Of a stretch of 64,000 nt of DNA, positions 9,272 to 20,100 are shown in pieces. The stretch's first letter is position 1. The number at the start of each line of letters is the position of its first letter. The stretch covers positions 1 through 64,000 of IMG/VR virus record IMGVR_UViG_2565956830_000005; one strand, 5' to 3'. The notes under the pieces are model-generated. The model had not been told where the DNA came from. It ran no database searches and worked only from the letters and a program-made list of their open reading frames with translations. The translations under genes were made by a program, and so were the position numbers. The DNA is from a virus (lineage: Duplodnaviria > Caudoviricetes).

Positions 9272-10519
9272 TCAGTAGGTGCCGGGGGTGACGTTGCAGG
9301 TGACGGAGACCTTGCAGGGGCTGTACGAGCCGGACCCGCCCGCGTTCGTCGTGTTCAGCACCGCCTTGAAGGTGTTGCTGTACTCGACGGCCGTCTTCGA
9401 CCCGTCGGACTCGGCCTCCGTGAAGGCGGCCTGGGCGAAGTCGAACTGCACAGCGCCGTAGTTGACGCCGGCCAGGCCGTTGGAGATCAGCAACTGCAGC
9501 TGTGGCTGCGTGTTGTTGAGCATGTACAGCAGCGGGCTCTCCGACGCGGCAACGAAGTTCAGCTTGCCGTCGACGGTGAGTCCCGCGCGCTGGATGATGT
9601 ACGGGGTCTGGACCCCGTTGCCGGTGAAATACGGGTTGATGTCCCTCTTCAGGTTGATCTCGCCGTCCGTCACCGTCGGGATGAGCGTGCCGCCGCTCGC
9701 GGGGCCCCCGATGCCCACCGCCATACGCCAGGACGCCATCGGCGCGACCGTGCCGGGGTTGGCGACCGGAGCCGACCCGAGAGGCACTGACGGCCATGAG
9801 GTGGCCTTCGCGTCGAACGTGAACAGGTCCGACTCGCTGTTCCACTTGAAGCCCACCTCCGAGAACACCGCACCCGGGTACTGACGGGCACCACTGGTCG
9901 CGGTCGGGCCGAGCATGTGAGTCAGCGTGTGGGACAGCGGCTGCCCGCTGCCGGAGTTGAGGAGCGCCCAGGCATACGTGTACGGGCCGGTCACGGGCTG
10001 GACGGCCTGAGCCGAGGCGTGCGTGTACGCCAGGCCGCCGGACGGCGTCGACAGCGGGATCGTGTACGGCCCCGACCCGGTCGGCGTGCCGGTGGTGAAG
10101 ACTTCGGCTGTGGCACCGGTGCCGATCTGCACGACCGTGGAGGCCGGGATGCTCGCCACGGTGGAGATGCTCGAGGCCCCGGCGGTGGCCTGTGCGGAGA
10201 GCGTCGTCCCGCCGCTGCCGGTGGACGTGCCCGTGGTGGACAGGTCCCCCATCAGGTTCCGCAGGAAAAACCCGAGCCCGTCGATGAACACCGGTCCGCC
10301 CATGTCCGCCTCGGCGGTGGCCACTCCGGGGATCTGAGCGAAGGAGTCGGTGGCCATGGCGCCGCGCCATGCCTTGTCCTCCAGGAACTTCGGGCCGTCC
10401 TTCGGCTTGAAGTTGTCCAGGAGCAGGGTGGCGGTCATGGCGACCGCAGTGCCCTGGCTGACCTCGGTTGCGACGCCGACGAATTGCTTCGCCGGCGCGT
10501 AAGTCGTGGGTGTGGGCAC
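9272..10519 (-). CDS. major tail (tube) protein with an inserted accessory domain
   Basis: 'FVGVATEVSQGTAV' N-terminus typical of tail tube proteins; position before the chaperones; T/S-rich insertion. Confidence 0.82.
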   Translation of the reverse strand: MPTPTTYAPAKQFVGVATEVSQGTAVAMTATLLLDNFKPKDGPKFLEDKAWRGAMATDSFAQIPGVATAEADMGGPVFIDGLGFFLRNLMGDLSTTGTSTGSGGTTLSAQATAGASSISTVASIPASTVVQIGTGATAEVFTTGTPTGSGPYTIPLSTPSGGLAYTHASAQAVQPVTGPYTYAWALLNSGSGQPLSHTLTHMLGPTATSGARQYPGAVFSEVGFKWNSESDLFTFDAKATSWPSVPLGSAPVANPGTVAPMASWRMAVGIGGPASGGTLIPTVTDGEINLKRDINPYFTGNGVQTPYIIQRAGLTVDGKLNFVAASESPLLYMLNNTQPQLQLLISNGLAGVNYGAVQFDFAQAAFTEAESDGSKTAVEYSNTFKAVLNTTNAGGSGSYSPCKVSVTCNVTPGTY

Positions 10520-10523
10520 CGGC

Positions 10524-10964
10524 TTACTCCTTGCCGTTCAGGAGGCCGCCGGAGTTGTCCGCGACCTGGTTGGGGGTCTTCTCCGTCGGCGCCCAACGGC
10601 CGTCCGCCGGCGGCCCGTCCAGCCACTCGAAGACCGTGGCTGCCTGCTCGGGAATCTCCGGCCTCGTCTCTGTCGCCTCGACCACCGGGTGGAAGGCACG
10701 GCAGGTGAGCGGGACGTGCGGATACACGCAGCCGATACCGGCGACGTACTCGTACACACCCGGCGGCAGCTGCTCCGGACCCGTGTCCGGCTCCTCGGCA
10801 ACCGGCTCTGGCACCTCGGTCTGGTCCGGGGTATCCGGTGCGGGCGCAGCGGCCGGCGATTCTTCGGCCGGCGGCGCTGGCGAAGCGGCTGCGGGCTGCT
10901 CATCGGCCGCCGGGGTGTTGTCGGAGCCGTCGTCTCGTGCAGGCTTGCTGGGGGTCTTGGCCAT
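10524..10964 (-). CDS. hypothetical Pro/acidic protein in the structural operon
   Basis: MAKTPSK... with GGAGG RBS; ends next to the major tail start. Confidence 0.55.
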   Translation of the reverse strand: MAKTPSKPARDDGSDNTPAADEQPAAASPAPPAEESPAAAPAPDTPDQTEVPEPVAEEPDTGPEQLPPGVYEYVAGIGCVYPHVPLTCRAFHPVVEATETRPEIPEQAATVFEWLDGPPADGRWAPTEKTPNQVADNSGGLLNGKE

Positions 10965-11041
10965 GTGGCCCTCCGGTCCGGGAGAAACGGAAGACCCCTG
11001 CACCCGCGATGGGTGAAGGGGTCTGAAGGGGAAAGAAGGGG

Positions 11042-11575
11042 TCAGGCCTCGACGAACTCGACGGCCGCGAACCGCACTTCGAAGTAGCCCTTGGTGAGGT
11101 TGGCGGCCGTGGCCGGCTCGGAGTACTCGACGTCGATGCCGTCGCCGCCAGACTCGGTGATGTGCTCACCGGCCTGGAACACGGCCTCGCCGAGCGTCCT
11201 ATCGCGACGCATCCACTCCACCAGGGCGTCGCGCAGGGCGTAGGCGTCGTCCTGCGCGTCTTCGGCGTAGGAGGTGGTGCTGCGGAGGAAGACCCGAAGG
11301 ATCACCTCGTACACGATCTGCTTGAGGCCGGAGTGCTCGCCGCCCAGAGCCCGGCGGTACTCGTGCTGCCTGGGGACGTGGACGAGGATCACGCTGCCCG
11401 TACGCGCGCCCGGGTCCATCCCGAGGAAGTAATCGGCGGCCTTGTCGTCCTTGGGTTTCCCCCGGCGGACCACACCGACCCCGGAGACGGGTGAGCTGCG
11501 GTAGGTACGCGTGTCGGGGTCGTACTCGCCGCCGAAGTAGCGGCAGATGCCGTCGAGGACTTCGGTGATCGCCAC
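11042..11575 (-). CDS. tail terminator / neck protein
   Basis: 177 aa; 'RRDRTLGEAV' motif; position upstream of major tail. Confidence 0.62.
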   Translation of the reverse strand: MAITEVLDGICRYFGGEYDPDTRTYRSSPVSGVGVVRRGKPKDDKAADYFLGMDPGARTGSVILVHVPRQHEYRRALGGEHSGLKQIVYEVILRVFLRSTTSYAEDAQDDAYALRDALVEWMRRDRTLGEAVFQAGEHITESGGDGIDVEYSEPATAANLTKGYFEVRFAAVEFVEA

Positions 11576-11577
11576 GG

Positions 11578-12432
11578 TCAGCTCACCACCGTCTCCGACA
11601 TCAGGATGCGGCGGGCTTCCTTCACCAGGCCGAGGCCGGTGGGACGGGAGTCCTTGGACCGGGTCGACGAGGCGTTGTTGTCAGGGAACTCGTCCTCGCT
11701 CGCGGTGTCCGGGCGCATGAGGAGGCTCGCGCCGTAGGAGGTGATCGCCAGTCTCACGTCGGGCGTCATCCCGGCGAAGGAGAAGCCCGGGCTGTGGGCG
11801 TAGCGGGTGGGCGACGTGAGCGGCACGGTGACGGGATCGGGGGCCGTCGACGGCGTGGGAGGTACGAAGTCGTCGGCGACGATGACCGTCTCTTCCACGC
11901 CGGGTTCCCACAGCCGGTACGACTCGCCGGGCAGGACCCCCGTCGGGTCGGTCACGGTCAGGGACGAAGCGGCCTGGTCCGCCGCGTCGTTGACCTGGGT
12001 CGCGACGCGGCCGGCGACGAACGTCCAGCGGACGTAGTAGCCGGGGCCCGACGTCGAGCGGGGAAGCCCGACGGGCACCTTGACGAGCCGGTTCTGCTCC
12101 GTCCACACCCCGGACAGGTCCGCCACGTCCACCAGCGCGGTCGGACGCAGCCCGTACGCGACCGACGCAACCGCGAGGACCGGGAAGTGGTTGGCGACCA
12201 GCTGGAGGTTGCCCTCCTGGTCCACGCGTGCCCGCTGATTCCGTGTCACCAGGTGGGCGCCGAGCGGCTGATTGCATTCGCTGTCCGCCCAGGCGGAGGC
12301 CATGAGCAGGATGTTCGTCAGCTCTGCGGTCTGCGCGGCCGGGTCGGTGTTGTCCTGGCGGAGGTTGCCCAGGGCGAGGTACGTGGGGTGCGCCTCGAAC
12401 TCGGCCGCGGTCACATAAGGGATGGCGGGCAT
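11578..12432 (-). CDS. head-to-tail adaptor with an inserted domain
   Basis: 'PYVTAAEF...LLMASAWADSECNQPL...PDVRLAI' adaptor-like pattern downstream of capsid. Confidence 0.68.
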   Translation of the reverse strand: MPAIPYVTAAEFEAHPTYLALGNLRQDNTDPAAQTAELTNILLMASAWADSECNQPLGAHLVTRNQRARVDQEGNLQLVANHFPVLAVASVAYGLRPTALVDVADLSGVWTEQNRLVKVPVGLPRSTSGPGYYVRWTFVAGRVATQVNDAADQAASSLTVTDPTGVLPGESYRLWEPGVEETVIVADDFVPPTPSTAPDPVTVPLTSPTRYAHSPGFSFAGMTPDVRLAITSYGASLLMRPDTASEDEFPDNNASSTRSKDSRPTGLGLVKEARRILMSETVVS

Positions 12433-12459
12433 CCGTCGCCTCCTTCCGGCGCAGGCGCC

Positions 12460-12894
12460 CTACTTGGCCGGCTTGGAGGCCGTCTTCTTCGCGGACGTCT
12501 TCTTCGCAGGCGCCGTGGCGTCGCCCTGGTCGCCGCCGTCGCCCGGGTCTCCGTCCCCCGCGTCGCCGGGGTCCTCGGCCTTCCCCTGGTCGCCGCCGAC
12601 GCCAGACGGCGCGGGCGCCACCTGGGCCGCAGCCTTGCCGCTGGCGGCAGCGACGAGCATCTCCACGGCCTCCAGCAACGTCGCCGGGTCCTTGCGCCGC
12701 TCCAGTTCCTCGGCCATCAGCCGGCTCTGGCGCTCGATGTCGGTCTCCCAGGCCGGCCTGCCGTCGACGTGGAACCGGTGCAGCTTGTCGCTGACTTCGT
12801 TGGGGAAGTCGAAGCCGCCCTGGTCGTCGGCTTCGAAGTGGCCGTAGTCGGGGTCATCGAGCGCGCTCGCGCCCGTGAGGGTGTACAGACGCAT
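12460..12894 (-). CDS. hypothetical virion-associated protein
   Basis: MRLYTLTG... with AGGAG RBS; K-rich low-complexity tail, common just after capsid genes. Confidence 0.6.
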   Translation of the reverse strand: MRLYTLTGASALDDPDYGHFEADDQGGFDFPNEVSDKLHRFHVDGRPAWETDIERQSRLMAEELERRKDPATLLEAVEMLVAAASGKAAAQVAPAPSGVGGDQGKAEDPGDAGDGDPGDGGDQGDATAPAKKTSAKKTASKPAK

Positions 12895-12925
12895 GCCTGC
12901 TGCTCCTTGAGGTACTTGGGAAACA

Positions 12926-12960
12926 CGAGAGGCCGAGAGCAAGGAGCTCCCGGCCTCTCG
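12926..12960 (-). terminator. stem-loop downstream of the endonuclease
   Basis: CGAGAGGCCG ... CGGCCTCTCG inverted repeat. Confidence 0.45.
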
Positions 12961-12974
12961 ATCGTTTTCCGGCT

Positions 12975-13598
12975 CTAACTGCGATGATGTTTCTCGATGT
13001 ACTCGGCAGCCGCCCGCAGCCGCTCCGGGTCGTCCTTGAAAAGACCAAGCCCCGAATTACAGAGGCCGCACAGCAGCTCTCGAACCCGCTGAGCCGTATG
13101 GCAGTGGTCAACCACGAGTTCAGCGGGGAGCGAGCAGACCGCGCATCGGCCCTCCTGAGCGAGCACCATCTCGTCCCACTGCTCAAGCGTCACGCCGTAG
13201 AAGTACTGAAGCCACCACTTGCGGTGACCCCGCGGGTTGTTCTTCCGCCACCGCGCATACCGCGCTCGCTGCTTCTCCCGGAACTCAGGGTCTGCCTGCC
13301 GCGCCCGTAGCTTCTCGAGGTTCGCCTCGTGGTTCCGGTACCAGCCCTCGCGCTTCTGCCCGAGGATGCGCTCGCGTTGGGGGCCTTCTCTGCGCGCTTT
13401 GCGGTTGGCCTTGTACTTGTCGGTCTGACGGTATTTCCGGTCTGCCTCGCGCTTGGCCTCGGGGTTGTCCAGTGCTCTCTGGCGGGCGGCCGAGATGGCG
13501 CAGGGCTTGCACCGGTACTGCCGCCCGTCAGGGGACTTCGACGCCTTGTGGAACTCGTCCAGCGGCTTTGCGATCTTGCATGCCTGACAGGTCTTCAC
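12975..13598 (-). CDS. Endonuclease VII-family (HNH) free-standing homing endonuclease
   Basis: N-terminal 'KTCQACK...CKPC' Zn finger; 'YGVTLEQW...QEGRCAVC...LVVDHCH...VRELLCGLCNSGLGLFKDD' Endo VII signature. Confidence 0.88.
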   Translation of the reverse strand: MKTCQACKIAKPLDEFHKASKSPDGRQYRCKPCAISAARQRALDNPEAKREADRKYRQTDKYKANRKARREGPQRERILGQKREGWYRNHEANLEKLRARQADPEFREKQRARYARWRKNNPRGHRKWWLQYFYGVTLEQWDEMVLAQEGRCAVCSLPAELVVDHCHTAQRVRELLCGLCNSGLGLFKDDPERLRAAAEYIEKHHRS

Positions 13599-13604
13599 CT
13601 GTCG

Positions 13605-13610
13605 AGGCTA
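13605..13610 (-). promoter_or_regulatory. putative -10 element for a leaderless endonuclease transcript
   Basis: TAGCCT lies 6 nt upstream of the GTG start; no RBS is present. Confidence 0.4.
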
Positions 13611-13638
13611 GCCGTAATCGCGCACCCGTATTGGCTAT

Positions 13639-15132
13639 TTAGCCCACATTCTGCAAAGATCCCATCGCCACTGGAGCGCGGTTCAGGAACGCTCCGACGC
13701 TGCGGATTTCGAACTCCTTGCGCGGGCCGCCGCCTGCGGTGTTGGCGACGCGGCCGGTGCCGTAGTCGAACTGCGCGGTGTCCCTCAGGCTGCGGTACTC
13801 CAGCACGGAGCTGATGTTGGCCTGCGGGAACGGGACGCGGTCGGTGCGGGCGAGGATGGTGCCCGGGGGCACGGAGACGTGGACCTCGATCGGCACGGTG
13901 ACGCCGCCCGCGGGGGCGTTGACGATCTCGCCGACCCGGCCGCCCGCGGTGACGTTGATGCGGCCGGACGAGTCGGTGTTGAGGAACGTCGTGGCTCCGG
14001 CCGACCCGAGGACGAGGTTGGCGATCTTCTGGGCCTGGACCGCGTTGACCATGATCGCGGTCGGGGAGCACTTGACGGCCTGCCACAGCGCCAGGAACAG
14101 GTAGTTCTCGATCTCGGCGACGCTGCCGCCGTCGAGGGTGAGGGTGGCGCCGTCGAGGCTGGCGTTGACCGACGGGTTGGCGGTGCCCGTGCCCGGCTGC
14201 ACCCACTGGCCGGAGCCGTTGTAGTCGCCGGTCAGGCTGGCCAGGAAGCCGTCGTAGTCGTTCGCGTTGGCGGAGCCGTTGTCGGCCGCGGTGTTGATGG
14301 TCGGGACCGTGTTCGCGGTGCCGAGCCACGACGTCGACATGTCCGGCGTCACCGAGGCGGCCGGCAGCGCGTTGTTGGCGCTGATCGTCGCCGTGATGGT
14401 GACGGTGTTGGTCGTGGTGGTCGTGTAGTAGTACCAGGTGCTCCCGTTGGCGCTGTAGAACCAGTCGTAGGCGACCGCGCCACGGACCGATGCCACGGTG
14501 GCCGTGATCTTGTTCGTCGTGCCGGAACCGAACGTGGTGCTCGCGCTGTTACCGCGGCTGTTGCCGGAGCCGTAGTAGTAGCCGCTGCCGGTCCGGGCTG
14601 CGACGCCCACGTAGGCGGTGACGGCGCCGATCGTGCCGCCCGAGGATGCCTGGGTGAGGGTCGGCGCGGCCGGGCGTGCGAGCGCGAACGACTGGCCACC
14701 GAGCAACTTGCGGTCGTCGCCGATCAAGACCTGGTTGAGGACCTGGAAGGTGGCGATGGCGTAGGGGTCGCCGTAGCCCTTGGCCAGGTCGTACGCGTCC
14801 TGCGTGACGAGGCCGGCGAGGCCGGTCGGCTTGTACCGGGCCTGGAAGTCCTGCTCGTTGAAGACGGTCTCGTTGGCCGCGTAGTCGAAGCCCATCGCCG
14901 GGTCCGGCTGCGAGTTGGTGGCGTTCATGAAGGCGCGCCACACCGCGTACGGGTTGCCGTCAGGGCTCATCTTGCGGGAGACGTGGTCACGGAACGGCGT
15001 GACCACGGGGATCAGGGACACGAGGTCGCTGAGGTCGTAGGAGTAGACGCCGGTGCCGGTGAGGATGCCGGTGGACTGCGCCTTGGTGATGGCGTCCAGC
15101 GTCTCCTCGGTCATTTCCTGCATTGCGTTCAT
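13639..15132 (-). CDS. major capsid protein with an internal Ig/FN3-like insertion
   Basis: 497 aa after scaffold; 'LIPVVTPFRDHVSR' and '(Y)DG(F)L' capsid motifs; T-rich beta insertion; very high GC3. Confidence 0.82.
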   Translation of the reverse strand: MNAMQEMTEETLDAITKAQSTGILTGTGVYSYDLSDLVSLIPVVTPFRDHVSRKMSPDGNPYAVWRAFMNATNSQPDPAMGFDYAANETVFNEQDFQARYKPTGLAGLVTQDAYDLAKGYGDPYAIATFQVLNQVLIGDDRKLLGGQSFALARPAAPTLTQASSGGTIGAVTAYVGVAARTGSGYYYGSGNSRGNSASTTFGSGTTNKITATVASVRGAVAYDWFYSANGSTWYYYTTTTTNTVTITATISANNALPAASVTPDMSTSWLGTANTVPTINTAADNGSANANDYDGFLASLTGDYNGSGQWVQPGTGTANPSVNASLDGATLTLDGGSVAEIENYLFLALWQAVKCSPTAIMVNAVQAQKIANLVLGSAGATTFLNTDSSGRINVTAGGRVGEIVNAPAGGVTVPIEVHVSVPPGTILARTDRVPFPQANISSVLEYRSLRDTAQFDYGTGRVANTAGGGPRKEFEIRSVGAFLNRAPVAMGSLQNVG

Positions 15133-15159
15133 GTGCGGTGTCCGTTTCTGCGCATGCGA

Positions 15160-15193
15160 AAGCCCCCGGGACGCGATGCGTCAGCGGGGGCTT
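15160..15193 (-). promoter_or_regulatory. stem-loop in the scaffold-capsid intergenic region
   Basis: AAGCCCCCG..GACGC-ATC-GCGTC..CGGGGGCTT nested inverted repeat. Confidence 0.5.
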
Positions 15194-15216
15194 GAAAGGG
15201 CTGGGGTGAGCGCTGT

Positions 15217-16803
15217 TTAGCGGGCGCCGCCGCTGTGGATCTCCTGGAGCCGGGCGATCGCCCGGCCCTGCATGTCGTCGGCGATCAGCTTCTGCGCCGT
15301 GGCGTCGGGGGCCGCGTACAGGCCCTTCTTCATCTCCACGGCAGCTGCGGTGTCGACAGCAGTACCAGCGCCTCGGTCCTGGCCGCGAAGCTGGCTCTTC
15401 GGCGGGACGGCTCCGTTGGTGAACACCTTCGGTACGGCGGGCTGCTCTTCCAACGCCTTGACCAGCTCCTTCAGCGACTCCACCTCCTTCGCCAGCTCAG
15501 CGAGGCCGGTCGCCTGCTTGGCGACGGCCTCCTCCTGAGTGGCGCTGTAGTCGGCGAGTACCGCTGTGGCTGCTTCCTTGGCGATGCTCTTGAGCTCGTC
15601 GTCCGGCGTGGGAACGCCGGTGGTGATCTCGGTGGACTTGTTGACGTCGTCGGGTACGGCGTCGGCGGGGGTCCCTGCCTCGGCCGGCGGGGCCGGGACG
15701 AGGTCGGGAGTCTCGGCGGGAGCGGCCGGGTCTTCGGGGGCCGGCTCGGGCTCGGTGTCAGGCTCGGCCTGGGCGATCATGACGATGTCGCCGGGGTCGA
15801 CGATGCCGACGAGGTTGCCGCCCTGGTCGTACACGGCGACCTGCGGGATTTTGTCGGCCTTCGTCACCGGGGCGTCGACGCCCTTCGCCAGATCCTCGCC
15901 TACCGGCGTTCCGGCGTCCGCGACGGCGGTAGCCGGAGAGGTGGTGGTGGGCATGGGCTCCTCCTGCTTGGCGACCGGCTGGCCGCCCTCCTCGGTGGGT
16001 TCGGGGGCGGCCGGTGCGGCGGGCAGCGACGCCAGGACCTTCTGGAGCTGCTCGACGGCTCCGCGGATCGCGGCCTCGTTCGAGGTGGACAGGACGCGGC
16101 CCGCCTTGGTGACCTGGGCGAAGGCTTCGATGGTGGCCAGGGGTCCGTCGCAGTCGGTGAGGGACTTCCCGACGGCGGCCATCAGGTCGGTGCCGCAGTC
16201 CGCTTCCGCCTGCTCGGCGACGGCGAACGGCGCGAGGACGCTGATGGCGTAGTCGATGGCGCAGCAGGCGTCCTGGAGGTTGAAGGCGTTGTCGATGTCG
16301 TCCGGGTCGGCGGAGGCGGCCTCGAGCATCTCCCGCTCGGCGAGAACGTCGATGGCGTTCTTCGCGCGCGCCAGGATGCTGGTCCACTTCTGGGCGGTGG
16401 CCGCGTCGATCGCCTCCCATGCCGGTGTGCCCGGGGTGGCCGGGTCGCCGGGGGCTTCCTCGGCGGGGGCGGCGAGTACGACCGTGGGGTCCAGGCCGTC
16501 GGCGCTGTCGTCCGGGTCCATCGTGTTGTTCTCCTTGTCCTTGGCCTTCGCGACGGCGGCCTGGTGGATGAGCTTGGCGATCGCCGCGGGGCTGCCCGTC
16601 ACGGTGACGTCGTCCCGGGCGTCGGGGGTCGTCTCGGGTTCCGACTTGGCGATCAGCTCGCGTACGAACTCGGGGTCGAGGAGGCCCCCTTGCTGCTTGG
16701 CGAGGAGGAAGGGGAGGCCGTTGGCGGCCTTGTCGACCAGGTCGACGCGCGGGATGGTGGCGTCGGTGAGCTCGGTGAACTCGGTGTCTGCGGGGGTCGT
16801 CAT
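15217..16803 (-). CDS. capsid scaffolding protein
   Basis: Acidic, coiled-coil, upstream of capsid; N-terminal 'LTDATIPRVDLVDKAANG' motif associated with XkdF-type proteases; TGATG coupling. Confidence 0.7.
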   Translation of the reverse strand: MTTPADTEFTELTDATIPRVDLVDKAANGLPFLLAKQQGGLLDPEFVRELIAKSEPETTPDARDDVTVTGSPAAIAKLIHQAAVAKAKDKENNTMDPDDSADGLDPTVVLAAPAEEAPGDPATPGTPAWEAIDAATAQKWTSILARAKNAIDVLAEREMLEAASADPDDIDNAFNLQDACCAIDYAISVLAPFAVAEQAEADCGTDLMAAVGKSLTDCDGPLATIEAFAQVTKAGRVLSTSNEAAIRGAVEQLQKVLASLPAAPAAPEPTEEGGQPVAKQEEPMPTTTSPATAVADAGTPVGEDLAKGVDAPVTKADKIPQVAVYDQGGNLVGIVDPGDIVMIAQAEPDTEPEPAPEDPAAPAETPDLVPAPPAEAGTPADAVPDDVNKSTEITTGVPTPDDELKSIAKEAATAVLADYSATQEEAVAKQATGLAELAKEVESLKELVKALEEQPAVPKVFTNGAVPPKSQLRGQDRGAGTAVDTAAAVEMKKGLYAAPDATAQKLIADDMQGRAIARLQEIHSGGAR

Positions 16804-17183
16804 CAGCTGCTCCGGTGCGTGATGCGGCGGGCCTGTCCTTGCGGGCTCCATCCGGTGATGCGGCCGGCCTTGTAGAGCTGCCAGGCGCGCTCGTCGAGGA
16901 CGGCGCCGATGAGCCAGTCCCCGGACTTGACGACGATGTCGTCGCCGAGGTGCCAGTCCGGGCCGCGGTAGACGTAGCTCTCCACGACGGTCGCCGCGCC
17001 TTCGGTGCCGTCCGCGTGGAAGAGGCCGACAGACGGCCCGTCACGGAGGAAGCCCCACGCCGCTTTTTCCAGCTCTTCGGGGCTGAAATAGTCGCGGCCG
17101 CCGTCGGCTCCGCGCTGGATGCGCGGGTCGGGGCCGGCCTGGTAGGCGACTCCGAGGACGTAGCGCTGCTCGGGGATCGGCAC
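16803..17183 (-). CDS. XkdF-like prohead serine protease
   Basis: 'RYVLGVAY...D...EELEKAAWGF...GLFH...VVESY...GDWL...W...KAGRITGWSPQG' XkdF pattern; AGGAGG RBS before GTG 17183. Confidence 0.8.
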   Translation of the reverse strand: MPIPEQRYVLGVAYQAGPDPRIQRGADGGRDYFSPEELEKAAWGFLRDGPSVGLFHADGTEGAATVVESYVYRGPDWHLGDDIVVKSGDWLIGAVLDERAWQLYKAGRITGWSPQGQARRITHRSS

Positions 17184-17194
17184 GGGCTCACCTC

Positions 17195-20100
17195 CTAAGA
17201 CGTCGTCACGGGCAGCAGGGCGCAGCGGCATGAGGGGTGGGCCGGTGGGAGCTGGTCGCCGCTGGGGAAGGAGTCGTTCAGGTCGAGTTCGCCGGCGGAC
17301 TCGTTGTCGACGCAGCGATCGCAGACCCGTGTGTCGGGCGAGACGAGCCACATCTTCTGCCGTACGCCGTTGGCCCGGTACGTGTTGAGGGTGGCGGTGG
17401 AGACGGCGCGGGCGATCTCGGTGACCGCGACGCGTTCGGCCCAGGCGGGGTCGGTCATCAGGTGGCTGATCGATACGGAGAGGGTGTCGGCGCTGTCGCC
17501 GCGGGCCAGTGCGTCGGACAGGACGTTGGCGAGCCGGTCCATGCGGGTGGCGGCCACGGAACGGATCGTCAGGCCGGCGTCGTCCAGGAGGTCCTGGAGG
17601 CCGTTGGTGGCGCCCCGGGCGGTGACCAGCCGGGCGGCGTCAGGGTCGCCGGGTGTCCATCCCGACCAGTCGACGGTGGAGTGGCCGGCCAGGACCGCGG
17701 TGGCCGTCCGTTCACCGATGACGTATCCGTCGACCCGCATGTCGTGGATGATCATCAGGGCGTCGATGAGCTGCGGGTCCTGTGCGGCGAGCCACGCCAG
17801 CGCGTTCGCCACCTGGTCAGGGTCGCGTCGTGCCGCCTTGGCCAACGTGCGTTGGGCGAGCCACTGTTCGGCGAGCGCGTGCGGGTCCAGGGCGTCCCGC
17901 ATGGCGTTGATCAGCAGTGGTTTCCAGTAGGCGACGGCCTTGAGGTCCTGGTGCCAGCCGGGCCAGCGTGCCCCGTCAGGGGCGTCCCCTTTTGGGCCGG
18001 TGGCCGCCTTGGCGATCCGGCGCATCTTGTCGCTGACCGTCTCCAGGTCGGCGTCGTGCCCCATCGAGCCGTCGGCGTGCTCCCAGCCGTTCGCCTCGTC
18101 GTAGCGGACCGGCGTCCCGCAGGGGCACGTCGACTCGTAGACGCCCTCCGCGGTGACGGTCACATCGGCAACACCCTGGAGCGCCCCTTCGCAGGGCACC
18201 GGCCCGGACCCCCCGAGCTGGCTGCCGGAGGCGTCGCAGTGGAGGCATTCGCAGCCGTTGCCGTGCTCCCCACTCCCCTCGCAGCAGGGGCAGGCGGCGA
18301 TCGCCTGCAGCACCGGCCCTAGGGCGTCGAGGAGTTCGGGCCGCACTGCCGGGTTGCCGACCAGCTGCGCGGGGTCCCACCAGGCGAGGGCCTCGATCAT
18401 GTCGCCGTCGGGGTCATCAGGGTTGGTGACGGCGTCGCGGCTGGTGAGGTCAAGGAGGGTCTCGGACGGGATGTCGTAGACGAAGCCCTGATAGATGCCG
18501 TGGGTCCAGCTCCGGCCGTTGCCGAAGGCGAGGGCGGCAACGACGTCGGGGACGAAGGGGAGGACGCAGCCGGTCTCCTCCTGCCACTCCCGGCAGGCGG
18601 CAGTCATCGGCCGCTCATCGCCTTCCATGTGACCGCCTGGGAACTCCCACATCCCGGACGCGGGATCGGTCGGGTCCAGGGCCCGCTGGAGCATGAGGAC
18701 GCGGCCGGTATCGGATGCGCGTACGGCGAGCCCGGCGACGGCGATCTCGCCGGCGTCCTTGCGGACCGCGAGACGGCCGGCGTCGTTGAGCCGGTGCGCC
18801 TGCACGGGGCCGACGGTGCGGAACTCGAAGTCACGCCATACCCGGTTGCGGCGGCGCGCCTGACGGAACCGGCGGAACGCGGCCAGCTCCCGTTTGAGGA
18901 GGTCCTCGGGCCGGTCGGCGACGTCCTCGCAGCCCTCCTGCCCCTCTTCCTCGTCGTGGTTCTTGTTACGGCCGACCAGGTCGTAGCCGGTCAGCCCCGT
19001 GCCGGCGGTGATGCCCGGCGCGGGCGCTCCGGCGTCCTTGGCCAACTGCGCGGGCCCCTGGGCGATTTGCCGCGCCTGAGTCTGGTAGGCGTCCTCCGCC
19101 GCGCGCGCGGCTGCCGCGTCGGCGGTTCCCGGTGCGGGCACGGTGGCGGGCGCCGCCACGAACGGCTGCGGGAGCGCGGGCTGGTCCTCGGCCGGGCCGA
19201 AGGTCTCCGGGTCGATACGTCCGGCGACACCCTGGATGGACAGCAGCGGGACCGGCCCGAGCCGGGAAGTCGAGTAGAACCGGGGCGTGGGCCGGTGCGG
19301 GTCCCCCGGCAAGCCGAGGAGTTTCTCGCGGCCCTCGTCGGGGCTGGCCATACCGGTATCGATGTAGACCTGCCACGCCTGGGCGAGTTCGAGGCGGTCC
19401 TCCTGCTCCTGCCCGGTGTCGAACGCGAACTGCAGGGGCAGCTCGAGGTCGTGGCGCAGAAAGTAGCTGAGGGCGCCCTGGATGTAGGAGATGAGGGGCA
19501 GGTCTCCGACGCGGTGCTGGACATCGGCCTGCGTCTCCCCGGAGGACCGGTTGACGGACTCTGTGAATCCAAGGTCGCTCGGCACGATGTGGTACGCCGC
19601 GCAGGTCTTCCGCATCAGGAACAGGGAGAAAGCGTCGGAAAACTCTTTCTCGTTCGACCACTCGATCTTCCCGCCGCCCGGCATCCACCGGATCTGGCTC
19701 TGGATCGACTGGTCGCCCAGCATGAGGGCGTCCCACTGCACCTGGAACTGATCGATCTGCTCCGGGGTCCAGCCCTCCGGGGCACTCGCGAAGGCACGCG
19801 GGATGTTGCCGTCGGTGAACCGCTGAAGGAAGTACTGCTGGAACCTCAAGTCCGTGTTCGCGTTGAGGAGGATGCTCTCCAAGGGCGCGGTGCCGTACGG
19901 GGAGCTGGTGCGCGGCCTAAACGGCTCATAGATGAGGTCGGAGCGGGTCAGCCAGTTCCACGGCAGACCGTTGACGTACTGGACATAGGCCTCGGCCGGG
20001 TCCTCCGGGCTGTTGCCCCAGTAGTCCAGGAGCGGCGCGATGGTGGTCCCGTCCACGGTCCGCAGCCCGATCGCGCGGCCGCCGCGGTTCCGCAGCCGGT

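Noticed and set aside
12900-13640. Group I intron around the endonuclease
   Set aside because: Flanking genes are complete, and intergenic spaces are too short for a ribozyme core
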